From NCBI RefSeq assembly GCF_009834535.1, contig NC_045697.1, forward strand, positions 57,662,001 through 57,726,000: 64,000 nt of DNA, read 5' to 3'. Origin of the DNA: Camelus ferus (lineage: Eukaryota). Below are positions 51,215 through 64,000 of this stretch, piece after piece (position 1 is the first letter of the stretch; each line of letters starts with the position of its first letter). The notes below the pieces were generated by a model. That model searched no databases and was not told the origin of the DNA. It saw nothing but the letters and a program-made list of their open reading frames with translations. The translations under genes were made by a program, and so were the position numbers.

Positions 51215-51710
51215 TTGGAAGAAAGAATGCAGTAGACAAAACATAAAAATCACTGCTCTTTTCACGGTGGTTACATGTTGTGAAGAAGAGAAAGACATTA
51301 ATAAAATATGTAAGTAAAATATATAGCATGTTATGTGATGGAAATACTGTGAAGGAGCATAAATAAGAGAGAGGGAGGAAATTTGTAGGAAAGAAGACAT
51401 TCCAATTTTAAACATGGTAGTCAGAGAGGGCCTGACTGATGAGGTGACAATGAAGGATATATGAAGGAGGCAAGGAGTGGGAGAAAATATTCTAAGAAGA
51501 GGGAATTTCAAGTACAAATGCCCTCAGGTAGGAGAATAGCCTTGATAGAAAATACTAATACGGGCATTAATCTAACCTTCCTAATGGAGTAAGTGGTAAA
51601 GGAAAGGAAGGAATCAGGTCTGATATCTGACTTTTGGTCCTAAGTGGACAGATAAATGTTTTTTTAACTGAAAGTGAGGAAAAGTGAAGTGAACAGTTTC
51701 CAGAGATCAA
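51215..51710 (-). mobile_element. L2 fragment
   Basis: tggtagtcagagagggcctgactgatgaggtgaca..tctaagaagagggaa..aaatgccctcaggtaggag. Confidence 0.7.
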
Positions 51711-52264
51711 ATCATTTTCTTTAGCAAGTTATTTTTAAGGTTATTTAGTCACTTCACTTGATCCTTATCCCTAATGGCAGCCTTCTCCATTACTAGAAAT
51801 TAGTGTGTCTCTATGAATATATTATAAATATGTGTAGTATATTATATAATAGTATGTATGTATATAATATATTTGGCCTTGTTGATATATTTTAATTTAA
51901 CGACTTTACTTCCTGGAAAATCAAAAGTTAAACAGTAAAATTAACATAGTAAACAGCATTGCTATCATGGGGGAAAAATATAATTGAAATAATAGCAGCT
52001 GACTCAATTTCTCTAATACTGAATTCTAAATAGTACATGCTAGTTTATCTGTGTAATATGACAGAATATATCATGATTAATTCTACGTTCTTTGAAAAGA
52101 ATGTTATTTCAAAAATGCACAAAGGAGTCTAAATAACAATAACCAAACATAGAACAAAATATACATGTACAAAGCCCAACAGCCTTAACAAATTATAGAG
52201 GAAATCCTTGCATCTTTGAAACAGTCTGTGATGTGAGTGAGTGTTTGATTATCATAACAGAAGT

Positions 52265-53245
52265 AAACAGTTTATACTGTGTCTTTTTCCTGCCTAAAAT
52301 AACATCCCACTGCCAATAAAATAAATCTCAACCTCCATAGCATGGCCTACAGTGTGCTTCAAGTTTTGCTTCCTAAATATCTATCCGAACTCATTTATAC
52401 ATCTAGCCCTTTTCACATTGCTAATTTCTATCCATTCTCCCCTTTTCACTTCTAATGGATCATAAATTTTCCCTATGGTATCAATATGCCAAGCTTAAAG
52501 ACACTAGCTAGGTTGTCCTGGAGCATCATGGTGACCACATGAGTATGACCAGTGAGATACAGGAAGAGCCCACTGTCTTGAGCATCTACAAAAGGTACTT
52601 TTCAGATGGACTTAGACTTTCCCTTTTCCTGCCTAGAACATACACACAATGACTGGGGTGATAAAAGTCAGTAAAGAAAGGGTCCGATTCACTGACTTTC
52701 ACAGATCCAAATTGTCTGACCAAAGTCTTGTTAGGAGAGAAAATAAACTCCCTGCTGGTCTAGACTACTCTACACCATTCAATTCAATTGAATAAATGTT
52801 GACAGGTACTATAATGTTTTTTTTTTAAATTTAACGTCTTTCAGTATATTTATTACACCTCAGTATTATCTGTATGTTCTCTTCCGTCTTACATGAGCAT
52901 TTCCCCAAATAGTACCTTTATTCTTCTCACAGCTAACTCTTCTTCCTTTAGTACACTGCTTAAATGTCCTTTCTTCAAAGAGGCATTATGCAAAAGTACT
53001 TTATTTTTTTTACCTTTTTGTCTTATGTAGTCTTCATTTGCTTATTCACTGTGGTATTTCTTCAAAACACTTAATAAAACAAAATACTGTAATTTTTTCT
53101 GCATACTCATTGTATATCTATTTCTTCTATTAGAATGTGGCAGAGAATATCTATCTTGTTATTTTTGCATCTTTATTGCCTAGCATAGTTTGTATTACAC
53201 AGTAGGTGCTTAATAAGTGATTTCATAGTAAATAAATGGATGGAA
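52265..53245 (+). mobile_element. L2 fragments with an old MLT1 LTR piece nested at about 52450-52770
   Basis: L2 motifs ctccatagcatggcctaca and gcctagcatagt..acagtaggtgcttaataa. MLT1-like cttttcctgcctagaac..gagagaaaataaactc. Confidence 0.55.
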
Positions 53246-54653
53246 GCCATTTTGAGGCTAAGAAAGATTTTTGATCTAATAATAGAGTTCAGTGTTCCCT
53301 AACTTAATAAAAAATATTAGGCAGATATTTATGATTTATGAAGAAAGGCTAGCAAAACCACAATCATTCAGTCCCATGTTTCCATTGCAATAGTGCTGAA
53401 ATCAGAACAAGAAAGGCAGAGTACAGCAACTATTCATACTGGTCAACATCCTGATACATACCTGGATAAATTTTCACTAATCATAATTCAGGGAGAGCCA
53501 TAACTCAAAATATTGGAACCACTTGGGAAAAATAGAAAGTAGGACCACTATTAGTGGTTCCACTTTTAATATATAGCTTTAAAAACAAAACCATGCTAGC
53601 CTGAAGGAAAAACACAACCTTTCTGTTGCATGAGGCCTTTCTGGCTCATGGATAGTTATGAGTATTCCATAACTAGACTATCCAATAAAGTCTCCATTTC
53701 TGGCCTTGTCATAGCAACACCTGATGACTTAGTACAGAAGTGATCAGTGGGTAGAACCTCACTTTCATGATGTGAGTCTGATGATTAAAAAGAAGTAATC
53801 CTGGAAGTGGTGGACAAGTGAATATTGTGTTGCAGGGGAAAAAATGGCTTGCATAATGTCATACATAAATTTCTCTTCTTAAATCTTTTGAGTGGGCCCA
53901 GGTAGCAGGAATCCAATGCAACTCAGAAGATCTATCATAAATAAAACACAAAAGAAGACCAGCAAACTGGAGCAGAAACTCTACACTATAATCAGCACGT
54001 TAGCTCTATACCTGAAATAAGTCATGTGGACAGTAAGGGTCAACAGAAAGAATAAATCTATGTATAATTTTAATTGGGACTTCCCTGATACTAGAAGTCC
54101 TCTCATGTTACAAAGAAAAATATATAGAAGAAACGCCATGCATAATTCAAAAGAGTTAACAATATAAAAGACAAACACTACAGAAAAAATAATTTGAAAA
54201 CTGTTTAGTTCACTTTAGAAAATTGTAGGAATCATTTGTGTTACAATTTAACTAAAATTTGGAAAATCGTACACACTGTAAAAGAAGTGATCAAACAGGA
54301 AATGTAAAGAAGCCTAAGACTAAAAAAGAGCAGACTAGGGAAGCATAAATATATTGCTTACAGTAAACTGTCCTTCAGTATGTATTACACCCATCACTTG
54401 AAGATGTTTCTCTGCCTGTGGTCTCCTTGACCTAATCTAAGTAATTCAACTCTTGGGGGCACCTTTATGGTGGGCCATAACCCTAGTGTCCGTTTACACA
54501 GGGAGCCTGCTAGAAATTTATAATTTCCTCCCACGACTCTTTTGTTTCTTTTGTCTTACTAGTAGTTCAACTAATTTTTTTTCCAAATCATGCTAATTTT
54601 TAAATGTATATTTTTGTGAATTCAAATAAAATTATATCAAATTATATTTCCCT

Positions 54654-55555
54654 AAAGAGACATATCTCCAAAGAAGACAACCAGATAGCCAACAGACAGA
54701 TAAAAAGATGCTCAGGTTTGCTAATTATTAGAGAAATGCAAATCAAAACTACAGTGAGGTATACCTCACTTCAATCAGAATGGCCATCATTAAGAAGTCT
54801 ACAAATAATAAATACCGGAGAGGGTATGAGAAAAAGGAATCCTCCTACACTGTTGATGGGAAAGTAAATTGGTGCAGCCCACTATGGAGGACAGTATTGG
54901 TTCTTTAAAGAACTAAAAATAGTCTTACCATATGATCCAGCAATCCTATTTCTGGGCTTATATCCAGAGAAAACTATAATTCCAAAAGACACATGCAACC
55001 CAGTGTTCATAGTAGCACTATTTATAATAGCCAAGGTATGGAAACAACCTAAATGTCTATCAACAGATGACTGGATAAGGAAGAGGTGGTATATATATAC
55101 AATGGAGTATTACTCAGCTATAAAAAAGAATGAAATAATGCAGCAGTATGGATGGACCTAGTATTATCATACTGAGGGAAGTAAGTCAGACAAAGATAAA
55201 TATCATATAATATCACTTATATATGAAATCTTTAAAAAATGATACAAATTCTATTTACAAACAAAAAAACTGACTCATGGACATAGAAAACAAACCATGA
55301 TTACCCAAAGGGAAAGGGCAGGGAGGGATAAATTTGGGGTTGGGTATTAACAGATATTACTATATATAAAATAGATAAACAAAGACCTACTGTATAGCAC
55401 AAAGAGCTATATCTTTTTTCTTGTAATAACATAATGGAAAAGAATCTGAAAATACATATGTATGTGTATTTATAACTGAATCACTTTGCTGTACACCTGA
55501 AATTAACATTATAAATTAACTATACTTCAATAAAAAAATTTAAAATATAAAAAAC
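54654..55555 (+). mobile_element. Young 5'-truncated L1 (ORF2 end, 3'UTR, polyA) with TSD
   Basis: Track ORF 54604-54867 contains [13 protein letters not shown]. Perfect 16-bp TSD caaattatatttccct at 54638-54653 and 55556-55571. Confidence 0.93.
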
Positions 55556-56644
55556 CAAATTATATTTCCCTTTTATTAAAACCAGTTTTAGAATTGGTAA
55601 GCAAGAAATGAAGTGGTATTAGTAAAGTAAATGTTTTTTCCAATCCAGTTTATCCTTGTAAATATCATGTTATATGTCAAAATAATAAATTACCTAGAAT
55701 TATTACAGAGGAAAAGGCACTAGATATTTGAAACTCTCTGCCACTAACTTCTATAACTTGTAAGTCATTAATATTTCTGGTCTTCGGTTACCATAGTTAT
55801 AAAATAATTACATAAACTAGATTATCTCAGTGTTTCATGCCAGTGGTATGATTTCAGTTAAATTTGCCTCCCAGTGATTACTTTCAGTACCTGAAAATCA
55901 TTTTTCCTGTTTGAACTTCTTTGAATATATTAGAGTACTACAAAATCAGTAGATATAGATTTTTAGTAAAGAGGACTCAAAGAAATACTGGTGATTAAGT
56001 GTCATAAACAGTCCAGCTTCTAGTAGATACACAGTATAGAGCAGATGTACAAATTCATCTTTGGATAATCTTTTAAAATATGGAAATTTAAGTAAGTAAT
56101 AATCACTATTCACTAAGCTTTAAATTGCAAAATTAAGGGCAGTCATTATTTTTTCCCAATATCAGCGAAAACCCACATCTGGATTTTAAATACTCTTTTT
56201 TTCTCTAAAAGCCCAAAGTTGTAATTCATTATAATAATATTGCACCTGTGAATAATGCATATTAGTTATCAAATCATGTTATTCCTAATTGTTTATCACT
56301 CCACAGTTATTCCCTGGCAGCTTGATCTTATGTGGTAAATAGAGAATGATTGAAGTGAAAAACACACAGATTAGTGTTCTAGAACATATTAATATCTGCT
56401 TAATTGATCTAGTGTACTTATGTGGTAGGTGTATAAAAGTAAACCAGTGTCACTAACTTCAAGTTCATATTGGTTAGAGACACAAGCAAGCCAAATCTGG
56501 TTTCTTTTCTCTTATTTTTGTTATAGATTTTATTTTTCTAGACTTCCAGTCATGTGTAAAGATGACTCTATTATATTAAACTGTTAATAAGATTTTTAAA
56601 ATAAAATTTACAGAGACATTCAAAGATGTCAATATTAATGCAAA

Positions 56645-56880
56645 TAATAGCAGTTGCCACTTATTTAATATTTATGACTGCACATAAAACTGATTGTTTT
56701 CATACATTTTATTATTTAATTCTTACAACAACTCTGTGAGTTCTATATTAACAGGTGGGAAACAGAGGATAGGGAAAAATATTCAACTTGTCCAAGAATA
56801 CAGTAGAAGTAGGTTGCAGTCAGAACTTCAATTCTGATCTTTTCTGATTGCAGATTTGTTGACCTTATACTACACCACCT
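56645..56880 (-). mobile_element. MIR SINE
   Basis: tttaattcttacaacaactctgtgag..acaggtgggaaacagagg..aacttgtccaagaatacag. Confidence 0.65.
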
Positions 56881-57944
56881 GTCTGTATAGTCTTTATGTT
56901 TAATTAACAGCAAATTATACATAATACATGATCTTAATATAATTCTTCTGCATGTTATCCATTCTTGAATCAAATGTGAAATGCAGAGTAAGGGTATAAC
57001 TATTAATTGCCAGTATACTGTGAAAGAAATTGTCTTTAGTTTGTTTAAGTTCCACAACTAAATATTTAGAAGTATTATATGGTTGGCTTGATAAAATAAC
57101 TCATTGACTCACATTGTGTGCTCATTCATTATAGCATTTCATACTGAGTTAAAAGGGACATGCCCTTTGTGTTTAACACAGACTTGAATTGGGGGTTTAT
57201 ATCAGGAAAGCAAAAACAAAATATTTTACAAAATTCAGATATTAGCTGAGGACCAGATACTCTTAAAGAAGTAGAGTGGCTTGAGAATTCTGAGAAAAAT
57301 TAACTCTGCTGTCTGTTTGCTGAATAATCTCAATTTCAAAGATAATTGACTTTTGTAAACCGATTTATAAATAACCAATATAAAAATGAAATAGGAATAA
57401 ATATGAGTACAAGCTTATAAAAATGGGTTCTGGAACAATCAAATACAGAAAGAGAAGAAAGTTTCTAATAATGTTGAGAAAAAATATACATCACTCGAAC
57501 TCCATTCAAGTTAGATTTAAAAAAACAAGGACTAAATAAATTTTTATTTTAACTGATTTTTTTAATTACGAAAATGACACATTTTAACTTAAAAAATTAT
57601 GCAACTAAGAATTATTATGTCAGATTAAAAGTTGAAGAGCAGATATTGCCAGATTGGAATAAAAATTCAGGAATCATTAAAACTTAGCAGGAAATGCCTA
57701 GCCACTTTCATTAACTGAAGTCTTCGTGCTACAAGTATTATATCATGATATTAAAAACAAACAGTGGGTGATTTCAGATAAATGTTGATGATGTTATGTA
57801 TCATAATAGCATATGAAAGCAATCTGCCATAAAATAAAAGGATCATGAAATTATTCACCTTTCCATATGTGGATAGCTCTATAAAAGGTGCCCTATATCA
57901 GTGTCATTTAGGTAACTGAAATTTAATTGTCATGAGGTAAGGGT

Positions 57945-58520
57945 GTGTTAAGTGTCATGAGCTCAGCTTAGATGAGCAGGAAGCTGTCAGGTGTGGAGTA
58001 GCTGATTAAAGAACCAAGCTAAAATGGAAAGAGTTAAGCCTTTAATCACTTACTGCAATGGAATAAGCGAAAGCCTAAAACTAGAGAACACAAATGACTC
58101 CCCTGTTTTATACTCCTCATGAAATGGTGCACTGGTTCAGGGTCAGATGGATCAGCACAGATGTGGGGTTGTCTCACTATTTAGGGAGCCCCAAACAAAA
58201 GGCTCTGGGAGTTTTATGAACCCTGAGGACATGGGGAGGGCAAGGAGGAAGGGCGAGAAGTGGAAAGAGTACTGATTTCTGAGTCAGAGTGGGGAAAAGT
58301 CTATTAAAGGTGTTTCCCTCCTCCCTTCATGAGGAACTCTCAGCAGAGGTTCTTAAAGAGGACTTCTGTGACAGCCTCAGGTAAATAAACCTAAGAGTGA
58401 AGGCCCTGTGAAGCCTGCCAGGTAAAGCCTTTGTGATTGCTTATGTTTAGGCATAACATAAAGTTCTTTAACCAGGAGCTGGGCTCCTCAGTAAGCATGT
58501 ATATGAACTGTTAAACAATG
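57945..58520 (-). mobile_element. ERV solo LTR (family uncertain)
   Basis: GC-richer block of about 570 bp bounded by tgttaag...gttaaaca, with antisense LTR-type composition. Confidence 0.5.
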
Positions 58521-59374
58521 GTTGACAACCAGTATCATGATCTGAAGACAGTATTGGAAGTTTCCATTCTGGAAAAAAAAAAAAAAAAGAGGTAGTGAAG
58601 GATCAAGAAGTTGTGACAAGTAAATATTTAATGGGACATTTATAGAGAAACTTGAAAAACAAAGATATTCCCAACATAAAGTCAGAGAATACAATAAATG
58701 ACTTTCCTAGGTCTGTCTGTCTTTGAACAGGACCCAAGCAAAGAAGTAATCAAAGTACACAAACTTCCTTAATGTGAAGAATCTGTGTGCCACAGTATAA
58801 TGCCTCAGTCCAAAACAAGTAGAAAAAACTACTCTGAGGGAGGCTTTGCATCTCCCAGTAAGTCTGATAAGCATTGGCCACTAATCTTCCATATCTCCTC
58901 CAGATGACTAAACATGGCATCAAACTGAATTCTGTCCCTAACCCTATGAGCCACTGCCCATGAGTGACCCCCTATCAAAAGGAGGACGAAAGGAATGAGA
59001 ATATGTATTTCTAATTCAACTGCTGCATGTCAACGAAGGAGTCCCTATTTTAAGATTTGATATAATCAATGTTTATGTTAAACAGTTGCATTCAGGTTAC
59101 AAAGAACATTAGGGAAAAGTATAAAAGGTATAAAACATTTGGATTGAGGTGGTTATTCAGCTTTTTAAAACTTCCTTAACTGAAAAATACTGAAAAGAGA
59201 AAAAAGAGAATGGAACTGAGGGGGAAAATGCCATCTTTAATGCAATAAGAGATTACAATAGAAATGATAAATTATGTTATGCATCTTCCTAATACCATGA
59301 AATATGAATAAGAACACTGAGGGCTGATTCACAACTGCTTAAAAATTCCTAAAAATCTTACTCTCAGTAACAGT

Positions 59375-59815
59375 AACATGGCCAGGTTAAAATAATTAGT
59401 CTAACTATGATAGAGAATAAATTCAGGATGAGCAGATCTTGACTAAGAACATGCATGCACTCAGTGGAATGATGCTGACCTGAATTGGAATAGCAGTCAT
59501 GAAGATGAGAGGGATAGATGAATTTGGAAACAATTTAGGAGTCAAAATGGCACCATAATTTATGGCGTATGAAGAGCGAGGAAGCAGATGGAGTTAAGGA
59601 TAATACCCAACTTCGTGACACAGTGAAATGAAAGGTAATAACTTTCCTTGGATTGGGACACTTTACATTAACAGCTGATTGTTGACATTGTATGGGAGGT
59701 AGAAGTAATAAGTTCTTTGGAAAATATGGACTTTGTAGTATATATAGACTATCCTAGTAGAATATCAAATTAGCATCAATTTCAATAATGTCAGAGATGA
59801 CCAGGGATCATCACC
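59375..59815 (-). mobile_element. L2 fragment
   Basis: gatagatgaatttggaaacaatttaggagtcaaaatg..ggagttaaggataataccca. Confidence 0.6.
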
Positions 59816-61539
59816 ACAGTGAACCAGAAAAACCAGGGCAATACACTTGAGGAATTTGGAGGTGGATACTCAAGAAGGTATGCAATCCATAGAAAACTAC
59901 AAAGCTATAGCCAAGAAGGAGATGGGCCTTATTCTCATACAAGATCTCGTTCAGGTATTCAGAGATTAGGAAGTCAGTGTGATGGGAAGAGCGATAATAA
60001 CAGAACACAAGTGTATGATTCTGTGCACGTCTTTAATTTCTATAGGAAAGATTATATCGCAGTAAGAATTGGCAACTGAATACCAGCCTGACAGGAAAAT
60101 TAAAGCTGAATCTGGTCAGGGCTGACTCTTTCCTTATTATTATTATCTTCAAAATTTGTAGAAGAGTGATCTGATATTATTCTCTAAAACAGACAACTTA
60201 AAATATTAAGAATGATTTTGGTAAAATCTATAGGGAGAAGAGGTCTCAGATTCTTATGGCCTTTCATTTATTTAAAAATGAATGCGATGATATTCTATCA
60301 CTAGCTCCATAGGGACCATGAGAAATTTTTTTGTGTTTCACCTGGTTAGAATAAATATATATTGTGATATAAAAGTGGACGAGTATAATAAAATTACTAT
60401 TACATAAATGTGCAAATATGAAAGGAAATATGGTATATTAATACATATCGTATACATCATGATTTATTGAATTAACAAAATTGACAGTGAGCTGAAAATT
60501 TAAAAAGCTGAAAAAGTAGAGATCAGAAGATCATTGGAACTATTAAATTCAAGAACACTGCATTATTATCACAATCCAGTGATCAACAAGCTGGGGTGGG
60601 GAAGCTCTTGTTTTAGCAACTCATTTGTGCAGGCAAAACGATGGCACTTAGACACTTAACTGCACATACTGGCCCCTGCAACTATGTCTTGACATCCATG
60701 TCTCTGTAATCTTGCTCACAGCAGTTAAAGTCAAAAGCAATAACAGCATGGTCTTTCTCTGACTTCTGTCTTCCAAATCACATTGAAATACATTTACTGC
60801 ACAAAACATAATTACTATACAGAATGCTAGCTATAAGGAAATCTGGCAAATGTAACATTTTAGAATTCTGGAGATTTTGGTAAAGGAAAGAGCACTGCAA
60901 GAATAGATGCAGAATAGCCATCTAATTTGTTTATCAGAAATTTATATTTATATGTATATTGTTTCCCAAAACATACATCTTAAAATTTTTAAGGAAAACA
61001 GAATGTGAAGTGACATAATAGAAATGTAGCTAAAAGAACCAAAAGAAGCTTAAGAGTAGATAATACTGATAAATGTTTATTCTTTGAACTAAAAAAGACT
61101 CAAGTTCTTAAAATATATAAATTTCTCAAAATGCTTTATAATTAAAAATAATGTACCAGTATGTACCAAAATAATGTACAAAATTATAGTTAGTAAGGAT
61201 AGTGATTTCATCAAATAGTGCATAGGACTCTTGTAGCTAATTAGTTGTTCAATTACATACTAAAATAGTATTTCCTTACCTGTGATAATATTTTATAACA
61301 AATGAAAATGTGACATATTTCATTTTCTCTAAAAATAATTTTTCTGATGGAAACAACATATGCTTCATGTATTAGCAACATATTAAGACATACTTAATTT
61401 GAATAGCCTAAATCACAAAGTATCAATGGTTTGTAACAACCGATTTGAATTAGAATTTTTGTTCAAATGGAGATTATATTAACAGATAGTTTATAGAAAA
61501 GTAAATATAAGAAATTCATAAACAAATAAAAAGATTTTC

Positions 61540-62100
61540 AGCCTAGATATAAAAAAAGGAATGCAAATCAAATCACACTGAAATATACTTTTTTTCCTGT
61601 TGGATTGGCATTAACATATGTGTGGGTGATCTCTTTTGCATTACTCATGGGAATGTAAATTGATAAAACTTCTGAAAAGAGTAAGTTGTCAATATATATA
61701 AAAGTTACATATCGTCCTAACTCTGTATTTCTAGTATTTTTTTCCTATGGATGTAAATGCATATGTGCAAACATCCATTTAATAAACCACAGTACTACTT
61801 TAAAAGAGGAAGAAATCTCTTAATCTATACATATATAACTCCATATATGATCTACATGTTATGATCCCCGAATTTATCATCTGTAAGATAATATTAAATA
61901 ATAAAAATAGTGTCCAAATCTATTTCTTCTATATGCATACATTCCCTCTGAGGAGATACATAAATAACTAATAACATTCGTTACTTCCAGACTGGGGATT
62001 TGGGTAATGTCTTTTGTTGGGGCAAAATTCTCATTTGATTCTCCTTTACTTTGCTTTTCAAATTATGTAAATGATTTGAAATATTGAATAAAATAAAAAT
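61540..62100 (+). mobile_element. Ancient L1ME 3' fragment
   Basis: ggaatgcaaatcaaatcacactgaaata..gggaatgtaaattgataaaactt. Confidence 0.6.
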
Positions 62101-62329
62101 TAAGGAAGAATTTCCAGCAGCTATTTCCCTATGATAAAAATGTCACCACTCTCAGGTTAAACAAAATTTCACATGAAGAAGGACATTTTTATTACTCAGG
62201 ATTATTATATAAGATATTCAAGTAGTGAAAAGAGAACAAAATTTGCAATTATGGCAAGTAAGCTTCAGTTATATTTGTTTAAGAAATTTGTGTTTTTGAC
62301 AAGTCATGTGATTATGTTTATTTTTAAAA

Positions 62330-62855
62330 TAAGGGATGAAGTATAGAGTGTTAAATGCACAGATTTTAGAATCTGACAACTTAGTCATTGAATTAGCTTC
62401 GTAGTTTCCATTTATCTGTCTTATTTATATCGCTGGTAAAGAGCAGATAATATATCAACAGGCTGTTGTAAGAATTAAAAGGTAGTTTAAAGAAAATGTG
62501 TGGTATGATGCTGAACAGAATTATATACTAAGTTTAGGCCAATTTATGCTGTAGTAACAAATGACCCACAATCTTAGTAGCTTACAACTACATTCATGTC
62601 CATCATGAGTCTTCTTTTAATTTTCAAACCAACGCTGGGACCTTTAGGTCTCAGAGCAGAGCAAAAAGACAAATATGGCTCCAAAAAGATGCAGTGGCTC
62701 CTGCAGTATGTTCATGAGTGTTTACACACGCATTTCATTGGCGAAAGCAAATCACATGGTGTAGCAGAAAGGGTAATCTTCCTTCTAGGGGAAGTCTGAT
62801 AGGGGATGCGGCACAAGAGGGGTATTTTGGCAATGAGACAATTTACCATGTGCAA
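62330..62855. mobile_element. MIR (+, about 62330-62520) followed by an old MLT1 LTR (-, about 62530-62855)
   Basis: MIR gttaaatgcacagattttagaatctgac. MLT1 antisense tatgctgtagtaacaaatgacccacaatcttagtagcttacaac..catttcattggcgaaagcaaatcacatgg. Confidence 0.6.
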
Positions 62856-64000
62856 TTAACAAATAATTACTTTAGTGCTTTGCTATATTTTGACTATTAT
62901 ATATAGGCTAAATTAATACTCTCTATATATGATCTAAAATATATTAGTTCATTATCTCAATTATCTCTAGAGAAAATGGGAAATATAAAATAAAAGCAAA
63001 TACAATGGTGAGAATTTAGAAAGTCTATCTTCTAAATTGACATTGTAGTAGCAGGATTAGTGAATATCTCATACTGACTTGAACTTTGTCCCTATTGCAT
63101 AAGAAATGCATACTTATTAAAACTCCTAGTTACCTGTCAAATTCATGAATTTTAAGAGACAGTACACTTATAGGTCATGCCTCTAGTGTTTTGCAAGGCA
63201 TTTACTATTTAATATGCATGAAAGAGTGAGAAGAGGAAATAGTTAACTGGCACAACTATGTAACACGTAGGTAAAATTTTGGTATTGAGACTCAGGATTT
63301 TTCAAATGAATTGAGCCAAATAGAATACTGAATGGGTGAAGGAGATAAACACCTGAAAAGACTTCATGTTTCTGAGTATCTTTCTTGTCCTTTTGTTTAA
63401 ACCTATATTTAAAGGTACATAGTTCCAACTTCATTGTGCTGTAAGGACCCTTTAAATACTTTTCTATTTTTTCCTCTACTATACAAGTTTGTATGAAGAT
63501 ACACTGAGACATCCAACATAGAGAAAATATATAGTATTTTTTATTCTGTTGATGGAGAAAGATAAATTGCCTTCTGGTACTGTTTTCATCTGTTTATGTT
63601 TGTTTCCCATCCTGCCTCATCAAGACTTCTCTCAGGGCTTCTAATTTTATTTCCTTCAATTAGGCCAAATAGTATATCGAATGTATCTTATGTTTAGTCT
63701 CTAAATAATCCCAGCAAACCTGATTTATTTATAATGCTGTAATGACAGCTGTTCATATTGTGTTATGCAATTTTAAAATGAATAAATTACACATAATGCC
63801 ACTCATTAAAAAACAGACCATAGCAGAACAGAAGACCTACTACACATTACTTTTAAACATATCTATTATGTTTTGCTCTTGTTCATTTATTTTGCATCAG
63901 TTGGAATACTTTCATCTTCAAATAATATATAACCTAACTCAAACTGCCCCCCAAATATACTAGATCATGTTGTAGCAAGGTGGCTGCAGCAATTTTAATC

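Noticed and set aside
59819..60079. 86-aa plus-strand ORF
   Set aside because: No recognisable domain or convincing splice context. It abuts an L2 fragment and is probably decayed repeat sequence.
1..64000. CRISPR arrays, rRNA or prokaryotic systems
   Set aside because: The sequence is eutherian genomic DNA. I saw no regularly spaced repeats, operons or rRNA similarity.

Overview
AT-rich mammalian genomic DNA, probably camelid: it has a tRNA-derived Vic-1-type SINE and young artiodactyl-type L1 3' ends, and I saw no Alu, BovB, PRE1 or SINEC. Much of the window is interspersed repeats (L1, L2, MIR, MaLR/MLT1, MLT2, ERV-L, ERV1 LTRs, Tigger, hAT). I see no intact protein-coding gene, and most ORFs in the supplied track are repeat-derived or chance. 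The main non-repeat signal is a decayed multi-exon gene on the minus strand. Five spliceable segments (25182-24994, 22779-22710, 16767-16513, 10674-10308, 6461-~6270) join in matching phases, after a few 1-nt frameshifts, into a Rab-GAP TBC domain of the TBC1D15/16/17/25 (Gyp7-like) class. It carries premature stops, a dead splice acceptor and no catalytic Arg or Gln finger. More phase-compatible exon candidates at 30.3-42.2 kb encode TPR-like motifs, suggesting a lost TPR+TBC gene (unprocessed, possibly unitary, pseudogene). All protein comparisons are by eye against sequences recalled from memory. No database search was run.
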